Virus record (IMG/VR): IMGVR_UViG_3300042195_000197
Span: 1 to 26,548 of that record
Strand: one strand, 5' to 3'
Length of the DNA stretch: 26,548 bases
DNA from: a virus
Taxonomy: Duplodnaviria; Caudoviricetes
Position numbers and translations under genes: made by a program. The notes beneath the pieces are model-generated. The model was not told the origin of the DNA, ran no database searches, and was given only the letters and a program-made list of their open reading frames with translations. This document shows positions 8,932 to 18,016 of the stretch, piece after piece. Every line of letters starts with the position of its first letter. Position 1 is the stretch's first letter.

Positions 8932-9293
8932 GCGTCGGCTACGGCGACCACCGCTCCACCGTCCCGCCTGTGACGTGGCCGACCCTGGCCGAGGTCAGGG
9001 CGTGGATCACGAACGGTGGAGGCTCGGCCGCTGACCAGCTCGTCCAGATCTGCCTGGACGCCGCGGTCAGCCGCCTCGCTGAGCGGTGCCTGCGCACCGG
9101 GACGACCGGTGAGGCCATCAGCCCACAGCTGAAGCTCGCCGCGATCATGCAGGCGGACCGGTGGTATGCCCGCAAGGACACCCCGACCGGGGTTCTCGGC
9201 TCCGGCGAGCTGGGCGGCGTGGTCCGTGTCGCCCCCCTCGACCCCGATGTCGAGGCCCTGATCGGCAACGACGTGGCCTACGGCCTCGCCTAG
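8928..9293 (+). CDS. Head-to-tail adaptor (HK97 gp6/SPP1 gp15-like)
   Basis: WPTLAEVRAWI, LKLAAIMQADRWYARKDTPTGVLG, LDPDVEALI; position after the head genes. Confidence 0.85.
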   Translation: MSVGYGDHRSTVPPVTWPTLAEVRAWITNGGGSAADQLVQICLDAAVSRLAERCLRTGTTGEAISPQLKLAAIMQADRWYARKDTPTGVLGSGELGGVVRVAPLDPDVEALIGNDVAYGLA

Positions 9294-9304
9294 GAAGGAA
9301 CCCC

Positions 9305-9742
9305 ATGGCAACACGACTCCCCAACGCCAGCCAGCAAGCCTCGGCCGATGCGGTCGTCGATCGGGTCGACGCTGGCACCGGCACCACAGAGGGCAAGCTC
9401 CGCATCTACGCCGGCGCCCAGCCGGCCGACGCCGACTCGGCCCCCGTCGGTGACCTGCTGGTCGAGATCGATCTCGACCAGCCCGCCTTCGGCAATGCGG
9501 ACTCGTCCGGGGTCGCGACCCTGCTCGGTGTGCCCCTGTCGGGCGTCGGGACCGCAGCGGCCGGCGCCGGCACGGATGCGGTGTCGTTCCGCATCGTCAA
9601 CCGGGACGCTGCCACCGTCATGGACGGGGCGGTGACCGGGACCGGCGGTGGCGGTGAGCTGATCCTCGACAACACCTCGATCGCCGAGGCTCAGACGGTG
9701 ACCGTCACGGCTCTGACCTACACCCAGCCCGCCAGCACCTGA
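9305..9742 (+). CDS. Virion structural protein, putative collar/fibre adaptor
   Basis: GGAAGGAA RBS, ATG 9305. KLRIYAGAQPADAD...LLVEIDL...AFG...FRIVN...MDGAV...LILDNTSI pattern of small phage beta-proteins found next to fibres. Confidence 0.7.
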   Translation: MATRLPNASQQASADAVVDRVDAGTGTTEGKLRIYAGAQPADADSAPVGDLLVEIDLDQPAFGNADSSGVATLLGVPLSGVGTAAAGAGTDAVSFRIVNRDAATVMDGAVTGTGGGGELILDNTSIAEAQTVTVTALTYTQPAST

Positions 9743-9753
9743 GCTGAGGCGCC

Positions 9754-11673
9754 GTGGCGATCGCGGTCGTTGCCCGGGGCCGGTACTCCGGCGACATCAG
9801 CACCGGCAGCCAGACGGCGGTCACGAACAGCTTCACCCCGACCGCCAACAGCTTGCTGGTGGTCATGGTGTGGTGTGTCCGCGCCAACCACTCGACCGCG
9901 TTCACGTGGTCGGTCACCGGCGGCAGCCTGACGTACACGCTGCAGCACACGACCGCCAACTACGACTACTACGGCACCGCGTTCCGCCGGGTCGGCAAGG
10001 TCTACACAGCACCGGTCGGCGGCTCGCCGGGGTCGATGACGGTCACCCTTGACGCCTTCACCGGCACCCCGCTCGGCCACTACGGCGTCCAGGTCTTCGA
10101 CGTCACCGGCGCGGACCCGACCACTCCGATAGCTCAGCTCGTGTCGCTAGCCCAGGTCACCGAGCCGCTCACCCTGACGCTCGGGTCGGCCCCATCCGAT
10201 CACCAGGTCGCCGCCTACTTCAACAACGCCGAGAGCAGCACGGTCACGTGGGACGCCGACCCGACGAACTGGGCGACCGTGGCCAGCAGCGAGATCAGCA
10301 CCCAGGAGTTCCGCTCCAAGCTGATCCAGTCGTCGACAGCCACCGCCACGACGGTCGCTCTCGGCTCGACGAACAACAACACGTTCTACGACATGCTCGG
10401 CTTCCGGGTCGAGTTCAACACCGCCGCCGCTCCCGGCGTGTCGGGTTCGGGTGCGTTGTCGGCGCCGGCCGGCGAGACTGACGCCACCGGCGAAGTAGTC
10501 GTCTCCGGTGCCGGGTCATCTACCGCCCCAAGCGCTACCGGCGCCGGAGACGGTGCCGCGGTCGTCGCTGGCGCCGGGGCCGCCTCAGCGCCGGCCGGCG
10601 TGCTGGCGGGTACCGCCGGGACCGCACCGCAGGGCTCGGGCGCGCTGACCGCCCCACCGGCAACCATGGCCGGTACTGGCGGTGCAGCGGTCACCGGGAC
10701 CGGGGCTGTGGCCGCCCCACCCGGTGAGGTCGGGGGCGCCGCTGGCAGCGTTGTGGTCTCTGCCGTCGGCGCCCCCATCGCCCCGGCGGGGACCGCAGCC
10801 GGGACCGGGGGCGGAGTTGTGGCCGGCAGCGGTGCCGCCACAGCACCCCCGGCCACGGTCGCCGCCACCGGCCAGGCAGCGGCCGGTAGTGCCGGCACCG
10901 TGACCGCCCCCGCTGCCACTGTCGCCGGTGTTGGAGCGGTCGCGGTCACCGGCGACGGAACGGCGCTGGCCCCGGCCGGGCTACTGGACGGGACCGGGTT
11001 CGTCTCTGTCCCTGGGGTCGTCACCGGAGTTGGCACGCTCACCGCACCACCAGCCGAGGTTGCTGGCACCGCGACGGCATCAGGCGCCGGCACCGGCGCC
11101 CCTGCCGCCCCTGCCGCTGTCCTGGCTGGTTCTGGGCTGGTGGCGGTCGCCGGGTCCGGCACGCTCACCGCACCGCCGGGGGTGCTGGCGGGGACCGGCC
11201 CCACGACACCGGCCCCACCATCCGAAGGAGAACTGTTGGCCCTGCTGAAGACCTGGCGACCCATCATCGCCGACGCCTGCCGGGTCGGTCTCGGTGTCCC
11301 GGAGCTCGGCCAGCAGATCAGCGCCTACGCGTTCCCCCCGCCCCGGATCGATCCCCCGGCGGTCGCCGTCTACCCCGGTGGCCTGGACAACACCTACATC
11401 CGCCGGACCGACGGTGAGGGTGTCACGTTCTGCAGGGTCGAGCTGGTCTGGACCCTGTACTTGTACGGCGGTCGTCCGTTCGACCCCGCGGCCTACGACC
11501 AGATCGACGACTGGCTCGACCGGCTCGACACGGCGCTCGCCCTGTGCGAGCAGGATCCGCGGGCGGATCAGGTGCCGGCCTGGTCGCAGGTGACGGCACC
11601 CATCATCGTCGAGGTCGCGAAGACGCCGCAGGTGGTCGTCGGCGCCGAGATCTCCATCAGCTACAGCTACTAA
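9754..11673 (+). CDS. Fibre-like virion protein (beta-rich head, G/A/T/P repeat stalk) fused to a C-terminal tail-terminator-like domain
   Basis: Single 639-aa ORF: about 225-aa beta-rich N-domain, about 12 repeats of about 21 aa, then about 145 aa with AYAFPPPRIDPPAVAVYP...LVWTLYLYGG...IDDWLDRL directly before the tail tube gene. Confidence 0.72.
   Translation: MAIAVVARGRYSGDISTGSQTAVTNSFTPTANSLLVVMVWCVRANHSTAFTWSVTGGSLTYTLQHTTANYDYYGTAFRRVGKVYTAPVGGSPGSMTVTLDAFTGTPLGHYGVQVFDVTGADPTTPIAQLVSLAQVTEPLTLTLGSAPSDHQVAAYFNNAESSTVTWDADPTNWATVASSEISTQEFRSKLIQSSTATATTVALGSTNNNTFYDMLGFRVEFNTAAAPGVSGSGALSAPAGETDATGEVVVSGAGSSTAPSATGAGDGAAVVAGAGAASAPAGVLAGTAGTAPQGSGALTAPPATMAGTGGAAVTGTGAVAAPPGEVGGAAGSVVVSAVGAPIAPAGTAAGTGGGVVAGSGAATAPPATVAATGQAAAGSAGTVTAPAATVAGVGAVAVTGDGTALAPAGLLDGTGFVSVPGVVTGVGTLTAPPAEVAGTATASGAGTGAPAAPAAVLAGSGLVAVAGSGTLTAPPGVLAGTGPTTPAPPSEGELLALLKTWRPIIADACRVGLGVPELGQQISAYAFPPPRIDPPAVAVYPGGLDNTYIRRTDGEGVTFCRVELVWTLYLYGGRPFDPAAYDQIDDWLDRLDTALALCEQDPRADQVPAWSQVTAPIIVEVAKTPQVVVGAEISISYSY
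10441..11210 (+). repeat. About 12 degenerate in-frame repeats of about 21 aa (xGxGxxxAPxxxxxGxGxxxV)
   Basis: Examples: SGSGALSAPAGETDATGEVVV / QGSGALTAPPATMAGTGGAAV / AGSGTLTAPPGVLAGTG. Conserved in protein, diverged in DNA. Confidence 0.85.
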
Positions 11674-11692
11674 CCAAACCCAGGAGAGAATC

Positions 11693-12193
11693 ATGACCAG
11701 CACCATCAGCGCTGCACCGCACCGGTTGGTGCTGCCCAGCTTCGTCCTCGACATCGGCGACACGCCGGTCGGGTTGGCCGGGCCCGTGCAGCTCCACTGC
11801 GGCATGTTCACGGCCAACGTCGGCGGCACCCAGGCCTTCGAGGACATCGAGACGTTCTGTGCTCCCGGCGCGCAGGCGCCCGGCACGACCGAGGAAATGA
11901 TCATCGTCGACATGCGCCAGAGCTTCGGCGGCACCCCCGCCTTCGGCGCGTGGAACCTCCTCAAGCCACTGGAGGGGACGCTCGTCGAGTTCGCGTTCCT
12001 GCCGGACTCCAGCGAGACGTCCTCGGCGTCGAATCCCGAGGTGTCCGGCTCGTTGTGGGTGCCGTTCATCCCGTTCGTCAACGCCGGCGTCAAGAAGTTC
12101 ACGAACTTCAACCTCGAGTTCAAGATCTTCGGGATCCCGGCCTACGAGATGACCGGCAACCCGGTCTTCGACCACCCTGACGGCAGCTCCTGA
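11693..12193 (+). CDS. Major tail (tube) protein
   Basis: AGGAGA RBS, strongly biased codons, 166-aa beta-rich protein (IETFC, VEFAFLP, NPEVSGSLWV, NLEFKIFGIP) between the terminator-like domain and chaperones. Ends in DGSS. Confidence 0.78.
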   Translation: MTSTISAAPHRLVLPSFVLDIGDTPVGLAGPVQLHCGMFTANVGGTQAFEDIETFCAPGAQAPGTTEEMIIVDMRQSFGGTPAFGAWNLLKPLEGTLVEFAFLPDSSETSSASNPEVSGSLWVPFIPFVNAGVKKFTNFNLEFKIFGIPAYEMTGNPVFDHPDGSS

Positions 12194-12552
12194 TGCTGAC
12201 GGGGCAGCTCCTCGGGGCGTCGGACCTGTTGCGTGGACTCGCCGGTCTCGGCGGCGACCTGTCGGACCTGTCGCGCCCCGAGGCCGAGACCGCTGCGGTG
12301 GTCGCTGCCGCTGCACGCGGGGGCGCCCCGGTCCTCACCGGGGAGCTTGTCGGCTCGATCGGCCAGGCCCGCAACGTGGTCGGCATCGGCGCCCGCTACG
12401 CCGCCCCGATCAACTCGGGCAGCAGCAACCGGCCCCAGGGCGGCTGGAACCGGCCGACCCGGTTCATCGACAACGCGGTCACGGCGGGCGAAGCCGTGGT
12501 CGAGACGATCTTCGGTGGCGAGGTCGACACGGCGATCGCCCGCAACATCTGA
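12193..12552 (+). CDS. HK97 gp10-like tail completion protein
   Basis: AARGGAPVLTGELVGSI...YAAPINSG...RFIDNA matches the APvdTG.Lr.SI / YA / pFl pattern. Confidence 0.7.
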   Translation: MLTGQLLGASDLLRGLAGLGGDLSDLSRPEAETAAVVAAAARGGAPVLTGELVGSIGQARNVVGIGARYAAPINSGSSNRPQGGWNRPTRFIDNAVTAGEAVVETIFGGEVDTAIARNI

Positions 12553-13133
12553 TGGCAGCGAACACGACCCGCAAGGCGGGCGGGCGGACCACAGCGAAGA
12601 AGACCCGCCTGGCGAGCATCGAGGACATCCTCGGAGCGAAGCGGGCAGTCACCGAGCACGTCGACATCTGCGTCGACTCGACCCTGGTCGACGCCCGCGA
12701 CGAGGCGTCCAAGGCGGTCGGCCGGGCCGAGCTCGCCGCTCGCCGCCGCGACGCCGCCCCCGAAGCCGAGCACGCCCTCGACGACGCCCGCGCCGCCCTC
12801 GACTCAGCGCAGGCCGCGGTCGATGCCGCCACGGCACGCTTCACGTTCAAGGCGCTGGGGAACATGGCTGTTGAGGCCCTGCAACGCCAGCACCGGCCGA
12901 CTCCAGCGCAGGAGGTCGACGCGATGGCCCAGTTCCGGGCGCAGGGCCTCCCACCCGCCAAGCTCAACTACAACACCGACACGTTCCCCCCGGCGCTCAT
13001 CGCAGCGTCGTGCGTGTCGCCGGCGATGACGGTCGAGCAGGCGACCGAGATGTGGGAGTCCGACGTCTGGTCGCAGGGTGAGCTTGGCCGCTTGTTCCAG
13101 GCGGCCTGGACGGTGAACCAAGTCGTCAAGTGA
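12552..13133 (+). CDS. Tail assembly chaperone
   Basis: Position before the tape measure; FTFKALG, QHRPT, NTDTFPPALIAASCVSP, LFQAAWTVN. Confidence 0.75.
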   Translation: MAANTTRKAGGRTTAKKTRLASIEDILGAKRAVTEHVDICVDSTLVDARDEASKAVGRAELAARRRDAAPEAEHALDDARAALDSAQAAVDAATARFTFKALGNMAVEALQRQHRPTPAQEVDAMAQFRAQGLPPAKLNYNTDTFPPALIAASCVSPAMTVEQATEMWESDVWSQGELGRLFQAAWTVNQVVK

Positions 13134-13600
13134 GCGAGCCGAGCGCGGCGGAGCTGGCCGCCGGCCTGGCCCGCTTCGCCACCGACGTCGAAGGTCTCGG
13201 CATCGAGGCCGCGGCCGGTGAGATGCTCGACCACTTCGAGCGCTCCGCGATGGCCCGAGCCTGGATGCGGGCAGCACGCCGCGCCGGGATCCCCTACAGC
13301 GAGGCCCGGTTGCGGTGGCGGGACCCCGAGGACCTGGCGGCCGAGATCGCCTGGGACGCCCACGAGGCCCTCGACCGCCTGCGCCGCTGCCCGTCCTGCG
13401 GGGTCGATCCCGCCGAGATCGTCGACGAGGCCGGTGCCCTCCTGGAGCGGGGCGCCTGGAAGGTCGCCTACCGCACGTGCGCAGCGTGCAGCGAGCTTCA
13501 CCAGGCGGACCGGACGATCGGCAAGGAGGGGCGTGAACACGGCGAGCATGTCCGGCTGCTGCCCCGGGGGCCGGGCGAAGACCTGATCGACTTTGGCTGA
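13130..13600 (+). CDS. Second pre-tape-measure chaperone-like protein with two CxxC motifs
   Basis: GTGA-coupled; CPSCG and CAAC motifs; overlaps the tape measure start. Confidence 0.65.
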   Translation: MSEPSAAELAAGLARFATDVEGLGIEAAAGEMLDHFERSAMARAWMRAARRAGIPYSEARLRWRDPEDLAAEIAWDAHEALDRLRRCPSCGVDPAEIVDEAGALLERGAWKVAYRTCAACSELHQADRTIGKEGREHGEHVRLLPRGPGEDLIDFG

Positions 13601-16600
13601 ACGACGGATACAGATCATCGTTGATGCGACCTCGGCCGGTGTCGGTCGGGGCCTCTCCGCGGGTCTGAGCGCGTTGCAGGGCTTCGAGCGTCAGGCGTCT
13701 AGCACGTTCGCCGGGTTGTCGGGCGGGACGAAGATCCTCGCCGGCGTCGGGCTCGGCATCGGCCTGCTCGCCACCGGGATGGCCGCCGTGATCGGCCCCG
13801 CCATCAAGTTCGAGAGCGCGTTCGCCGGTGTCCGCAAGACGGTCGACGGAACCCCGGCGCAGCTGGCCGGGATCCGCGACGGGATCCTCGACATGAGCCG
13901 GGTGATGCCGACCGCGGCGTCGGAACTGGCCGACATCGCCGCCAACGCTGGCCAGCTCGGCGTCAAAGCCCCCGACGTGCTGGCCTTCACGAAGACGATC
14001 GCCCAGCTCGGCGAGACCACCGACCTCAGCTTCGACGACGCCGCCCAGTCACTGGCCCGGTTCCTGAACATCACCGGGGACGGGGCGTCCGCCATCGGCG
14101 GCGTCGCCGACGTCATCGTCGAGCTCGGCAACAACTCGGCCACGACCGAGTCGCAGATAGTCGACTTCGCCACCCGCCTCGCGTCGTCGTTCACCGTGGC
14201 CGGCGCGTCCGAGGATCAGATCCTGGCGCTCGCCTCGTCGTTCAGCTCGCTGGGCCTCCAGGCCGAGGCTGGCGGGTCGGCCCTGTCGACCATCATCACG
14301 TCGATCTCCGACGCGGCGAAGCTCGGCGGCAAGGAGTTGAACACCTACGCCTCTGTTGCCGGTCTGCTGCCTGAGCAGTTCGCGGCGATAGCGAAGGCGA
14401 ACCCGGTCGAGGCGTTGCTGCTGTTCGGTGAGGGCCTGGGCGAGGTCGCTGCCCGGGGCGAGTCGATCACCCCGATCCTCCAGGACATCGAGCTGGGCGG
14501 GCTCCGCACGTCCGAAGTGTTCCGCTTGTTGGCGTTGAACAGCGGGTTCGTGCGGGAACAGCTCGGCCTCGCTGCCGACGCCCTCGCCACCGGCGGTGCA
14601 GCACAGGAGGAGTTCGACAAGCGCGTCGAGACGACCGCCAGCCGGCTGGAGATCCTGAAGAACCGCATCGAGGTGCTCCGCATCGAGGCCGGCACCCCGC
14701 TGCTCGGCGGCTTGGTCGTAGCGATCGACCTGGCCGGCGACGCGATCGAGCGGCTCGTCGAGATCCTGAAGCCGCTCGGCGCCGAAATCGGGGCGACGTT
14801 CGGCAACGCTGGCCAGCTGGTCGCCGCGTTCTTCGACGTCCTGTCGGGTCCGGGTGCGTCGGCTGGTGCCGGTGCGCTCGGCTCCCTCGTCGATGTCGTC
14901 GTCGACCTGCTCGCCGCGTTCAACTCGCTCGGCCCAGCCGGTCTCGTGATCGCTGCCCTGATCGCAGACATCGCCCTTGTCGGTCCCGTCTCGATCGCTG
15001 CCGCCTCGGCCCTCTCCGCGATCGCCGTGGCTGGTGGGGGGATGGCCGGCGCGCTGGCTGCCGCACAGGCCGGGCTCGGGGGGCTCCTGGCGTCGATCAA
15101 CCCGATCGCTGCCGCCGGGGCACTGGCTGTCGTCGCGTTCGTGGTCCTGGGCCGCGAGACGAGGGAGCTGGAGGCCGCGGCGAAGGCAGCCGGCGCCGCC
15201 CTCAGCGGGGACCTGGAGGCCGCCTTCGCTGCTGGTTCGGCAACCGACTACGCCGCCGTGATCCGCTCAGCAGCCGACGAGATCAACCGGCTCGAGCTGG
15301 CCGTGTCGGGCGGGGGCGAGGGTGGGGTGACCGGCGCCGTCAACCAGTTCAACCAGTTCATGGATCGCATGCTTGGCGGGCTCGGCGGCGTCTCCGACGA
15401 GCTCGCTCCCGCCCGGGCCGAGCTCGAAGCCTTCCAGGGCGCGTTGAGCACTGACGAGGTCGAGAACTTCGACCGGAACATCGCGCTCATCGCCGACCAT
15501 CTCGGCCTGACCCGCGGTGCCGTGATCGCCGCTGTCGACGCTACGGGGCAGTTCAACAACGTGACCGCCAACGGGACCGCTGGCCTGATCGAGGCCCGCA
15601 CCGCCGTCGCCGGCTACACGGCGTCGATCACCGGCATGGACAACGTGACCCGTGAGACGATGAACGCCGTGCTCGACGGGACGGCCACCGTCGACCAGTT
15701 CGCTGCAGCGCTCGGGATCACGGCTGAGCAGCTCGGGTTTGTGGCCAGCAAGCTGGACGGTGTCGACTTCGAGGATTTCTTCAGCGACGACCCCGAGGCG
15801 AAGATGCTGGCCCTCGCCAAGGCCGAGGAGTTCCTGATCACTCAGATCGACGGGGTGTCCGCCGCGTTGGGCCAGTCCCGCACCGAGTTCCTCGCCTCCC
15901 TGGCCGCCGTCGACGCCCTGGCCGCATCCCACAACGCGCTCCGCTCAGCGGTGCAGAACGCGAAGGACGCGATCGCGGTGATGGGTGAGCAGCAGCGGAT
16001 CACCCAGGCCGCCACCGAGGCGTTCAAGGAAGCATCGACGAACGTGGTCGACGCGGAGTCGTTCCGGGTCGCGGCGTCAGCCATGCGGGAATTGACGTTC
16101 GAGTTCGCCGCTAGCGGGGTGTCGGCCGAGGCCGCCGTAGCAAAGCAGGTGCAGTTGCGGAACACGCTGACCGAGATCGGGTTGGCGGCCGGGTTGTCGG
16201 CCAAGGAGGTCGCGGCGATCATCGTCGAGCTCGGGTTGGTGCCGCCGGAGACGATTGCACTGTTGACTGTCGACGGTGAGGCAGCGAAGGCCGAGGCAGA
16301 CGCGAGGCAAGCCCAGCTCGAAGCGTTGGAGAGGGAGTACCAGGCCCGCTTGACCGCGATTGACGAGGGGTCGTCGGTGATCGAGGCAGTCCGCTCCATC
16401 GCCGATGACTGGGAGCGGCGGTACACCGCCGAAGCGATCATGGCCGATCTTGGTGCGTCGGAGACGATCAACCGGCTCGACGCCGCCGCCACCGATTGGG
16501 AACGCAAGTACAACGCATCCTTGACCGCGTCTGACGATGGGGCGTCGGCCACCACGGCCAGGCTCGACGCCGGCGCCACCGACTGGGAACGGAAGTACAA

Positions 16601-17195
16601 CGCATCTTTGACCGCCTCAGACGACGGCGCTTCGGGGCAGATCAGCGGCCGTCAGGGTCAGGCCGACAGCTACGAGGGGAGCTACAACGCCAACCTGACC
16701 GCCACGGACAACGCGTCTGGCACGATCGCCAAGGCCGTAGGAGCGTTGAGCGGGTTCAAGTCGAAGACGATCACGTTGACGACGGTCACCTCGACCGTGC
16801 CGGGCAACGTCCGGGCCGACGGTGGGATCAGCTTCGCCGCCGGCGCCATCCTCCAACGGCCGGGCCCGGCGCACATCTACTCGGCGGTGTCACCCGCCCG
16901 CTACTTCGCCGAGCCGGTCACCGGGGGCGAGGCCTACATCCCGCTGGCGGCCGGGAAGCGGGCCCGGTCTCTCGCCATATGGGAGGAGACCGGCCGCCTC
17001 CTCGGCGCGTTTGCTGGCGGCGGGATCGCCGCCTACCAGGCGGGTGTCATCACTACCGCACGCGCCCCGATCACCCCGTTCACGGTCGACGGCCGCCGGG
17101 GCATCAACATCGAGAACGTGACCGTCGCCCCCGGCCGTGACCTATGGCAGGAACTGGCCCTGGTCGACACGATGGCCCGGGCTGGTGCCCTGTGA
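13593..17195 (+). CDS. Tape measure protein (TP901-family core)
   Basis: 1200 aa, Ala/Gly-rich and helical; FESAFAGVRKTVDGT, AANAGQLGV, LGNNSATTESQI, AEAGGSALS; hydrophobic mid-section; C-terminal ADGG...FAEPVTGGEAYIPL. Confidence 0.95.
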   Translation: MAERRIQIIVDATSAGVGRGLSAGLSALQGFERQASSTFAGLSGGTKILAGVGLGIGLLATGMAAVIGPAIKFESAFAGVRKTVDGTPAQLAGIRDGILDMSRVMPTAASELADIAANAGQLGVKAPDVLAFTKTIAQLGETTDLSFDDAAQSLARFLNITGDGASAIGGVADVIVELGNNSATTESQIVDFATRLASSFTVAGASEDQILALASSFSSLGLQAEAGGSALSTIITSISDAAKLGGKELNTYASVAGLLPEQFAAIAKANPVEALLLFGEGLGEVAARGESITPILQDIELGGLRTSEVFRLLALNSGFVREQLGLAADALATGGAAQEEFDKRVETTASRLEILKNRIEVLRIEAGTPLLGGLVVAIDLAGDAIERLVEILKPLGAEIGATFGNAGQLVAAFFDVLSGPGASAGAGALGSLVDVVVDLLAAFNSLGPAGLVIAALIADIALVGPVSIAAASALSAIAVAGGGMAGALAAAQAGLGGLLASINPIAAAGALAVVAFVVLGRETRELEAAAKAAGAALSGDLEAAFAAGSATDYAAVIRSAADEINRLELAVSGGGEGGVTGAVNQFNQFMDRMLGGLGGVSDELAPARAELEAFQGALSTDEVENFDRNIALIADHLGLTRGAVIAAVDATGQFNNVTANGTAGLIEARTAVAGYTASITGMDNVTRETMNAVLDGTATVDQFAAALGITAEQLGFVASKLDGVDFEDFFSDDPEAKMLALAKAEEFLITQIDGVSAALGQSRTEFLASLAAVDALAASHNALRSAVQNAKDAIAVMGEQQRITQAATEAFKEASTNVVDAESFRVAASAMRELTFEFAASGVSAEAAVAKQVQLRNTLTEIGLAAGLSAKEVAAIIVELGLVPPETIALLTVDGEAAKAEADARQAQLEALEREYQARLTAIDEGSSVIEAVRSIADDWERRYTAEAIMADLGASETINRLDAAATDWERKYNASLTASDDGASATTARLDAGATDWERKYNASLTASDDGASGQISGRQGQADSYEGSYNANLTATDNASGTIAKAVGALSGFKSKTITLTTVTSTVPGNVRADGGISFAAGAILQRPGPAHIYSAVSPARYFAEPVTGGEAYIPLAAGKRARSLAIWEETGRLLGAFAGGGIAAYQAGVITTARAPITPFTVDGRRGINIENVTVAPGRDLWQELALVDTMARAGAL
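16474..16635 (+). repeat. 87-bp-period tandem duplication inside the tape measure gene
   Basis: RLDAAATDWERKYNASLTASDDGAS and RLDAGATDWERKYNASLTASDDGAS begin at 16474 and 16561. Confidence 0.92.
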
Positions 17196-18016
17196 GCGAA
17201 CGGACCGTCACCCTCGTCGGCGCTGACGGGACCCGCCACACCCTCGCCTGCGCTGATGAGCCCTACCGGTTGGGCGCTGCCGCGGTGTGGGGTGTTGGCC
17301 CGACCGCCCACGACTCGCGGCCCGTCGGCGACCTCCCCGGCGAACGACTCGAACGGGTCCGTGCGCTGCCCCGCACCATCGCCGTGCCGGTCGTCATCAT
17401 CGGCGGCGAAGCAGCGGTCGACGACGCCCTCGGCGGGCTCGGCCAGATCATCGGGTCCGGCGCTGACTGCCGCATCATCTACTCCCGCCCCGACGGGACG
17501 ACCCGGGAGCTGACCGCCCGCTACCTGTCCGGCGGCGACGCCGTCCCGATCCGTCACCACAAGATGCCCGCCGTGCGGGTGCCGCTCACGTTCCGGGCCT
17601 ACCAGCCGTTCTGGCGGTCGACCCTGGGACCGATCGTCGTCGAGGACCAGACCTTCGTCGGGGAGGGCCTGGCCAACGCGGTCACCGTCGACAACGGCGG
17701 CGACGTCGACACGTGGCCGACGATCACGATCACCGGCCCAGCGGAGAACATCCAGGGCGTGAACCTGGTCACCGGTCAGGTATGGCGGGTCCGGGAGGTC
17801 ATCACCGCCGGCCAGACCCTACGCATCGAGACCGACCCCCGAGCGGTCGGCGTGTGGCTCGACGACATCGCCAGCATCGGCGTCATGGACCCCCTGTCCG
17901 AGATGTGGCCCCTGCGGCCCCGCTCCAACCACCTCGTCCTGTCGGCGCGCGGTGACGGTGTGGGCGGCATCGGCACGTTCCGCCTGCAGTGGCGGGAGCT
18001 GTTCGACACGTGCTGA
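17192..18016 (+). CDS. Distal tail protein (Dit-like)
   Basis: Follows the tape measure (GTGA overlap); RTIAVPV, LTFRAYQPFW, NGGDVDTWPTITITGP, MWPLRPRSN. Confidence 0.85.
   Translation: MSERTVTLVGADGTRHTLACADEPYRLGAAAVWGVGPTAHDSRPVGDLPGERLERVRALPRTIAVPVVIIGGEAAVDDALGGLGQIIGSGADCRIIYSRPDGTTRELTARYLSGGDAVPIRHHKMPAVRVPLTFRAYQPFWRSTLGPIVVEDQTFVGEGLANAVTVDNGGDVDTWPTITITGPAENIQGVNLVTGQVWRVREVITAGQTLRIETDPRAVGVWLDDIASIGVMDPLSEMWPLRPRSNHLVLSARGDGVGGIGTFRLQWRELFDTC

Noticed and set aside
13082-13133. Canonical -1 programmed frameshift in the tail chaperone
   Set aside because: No slippery heptamer found in the stretch where both frames are open.
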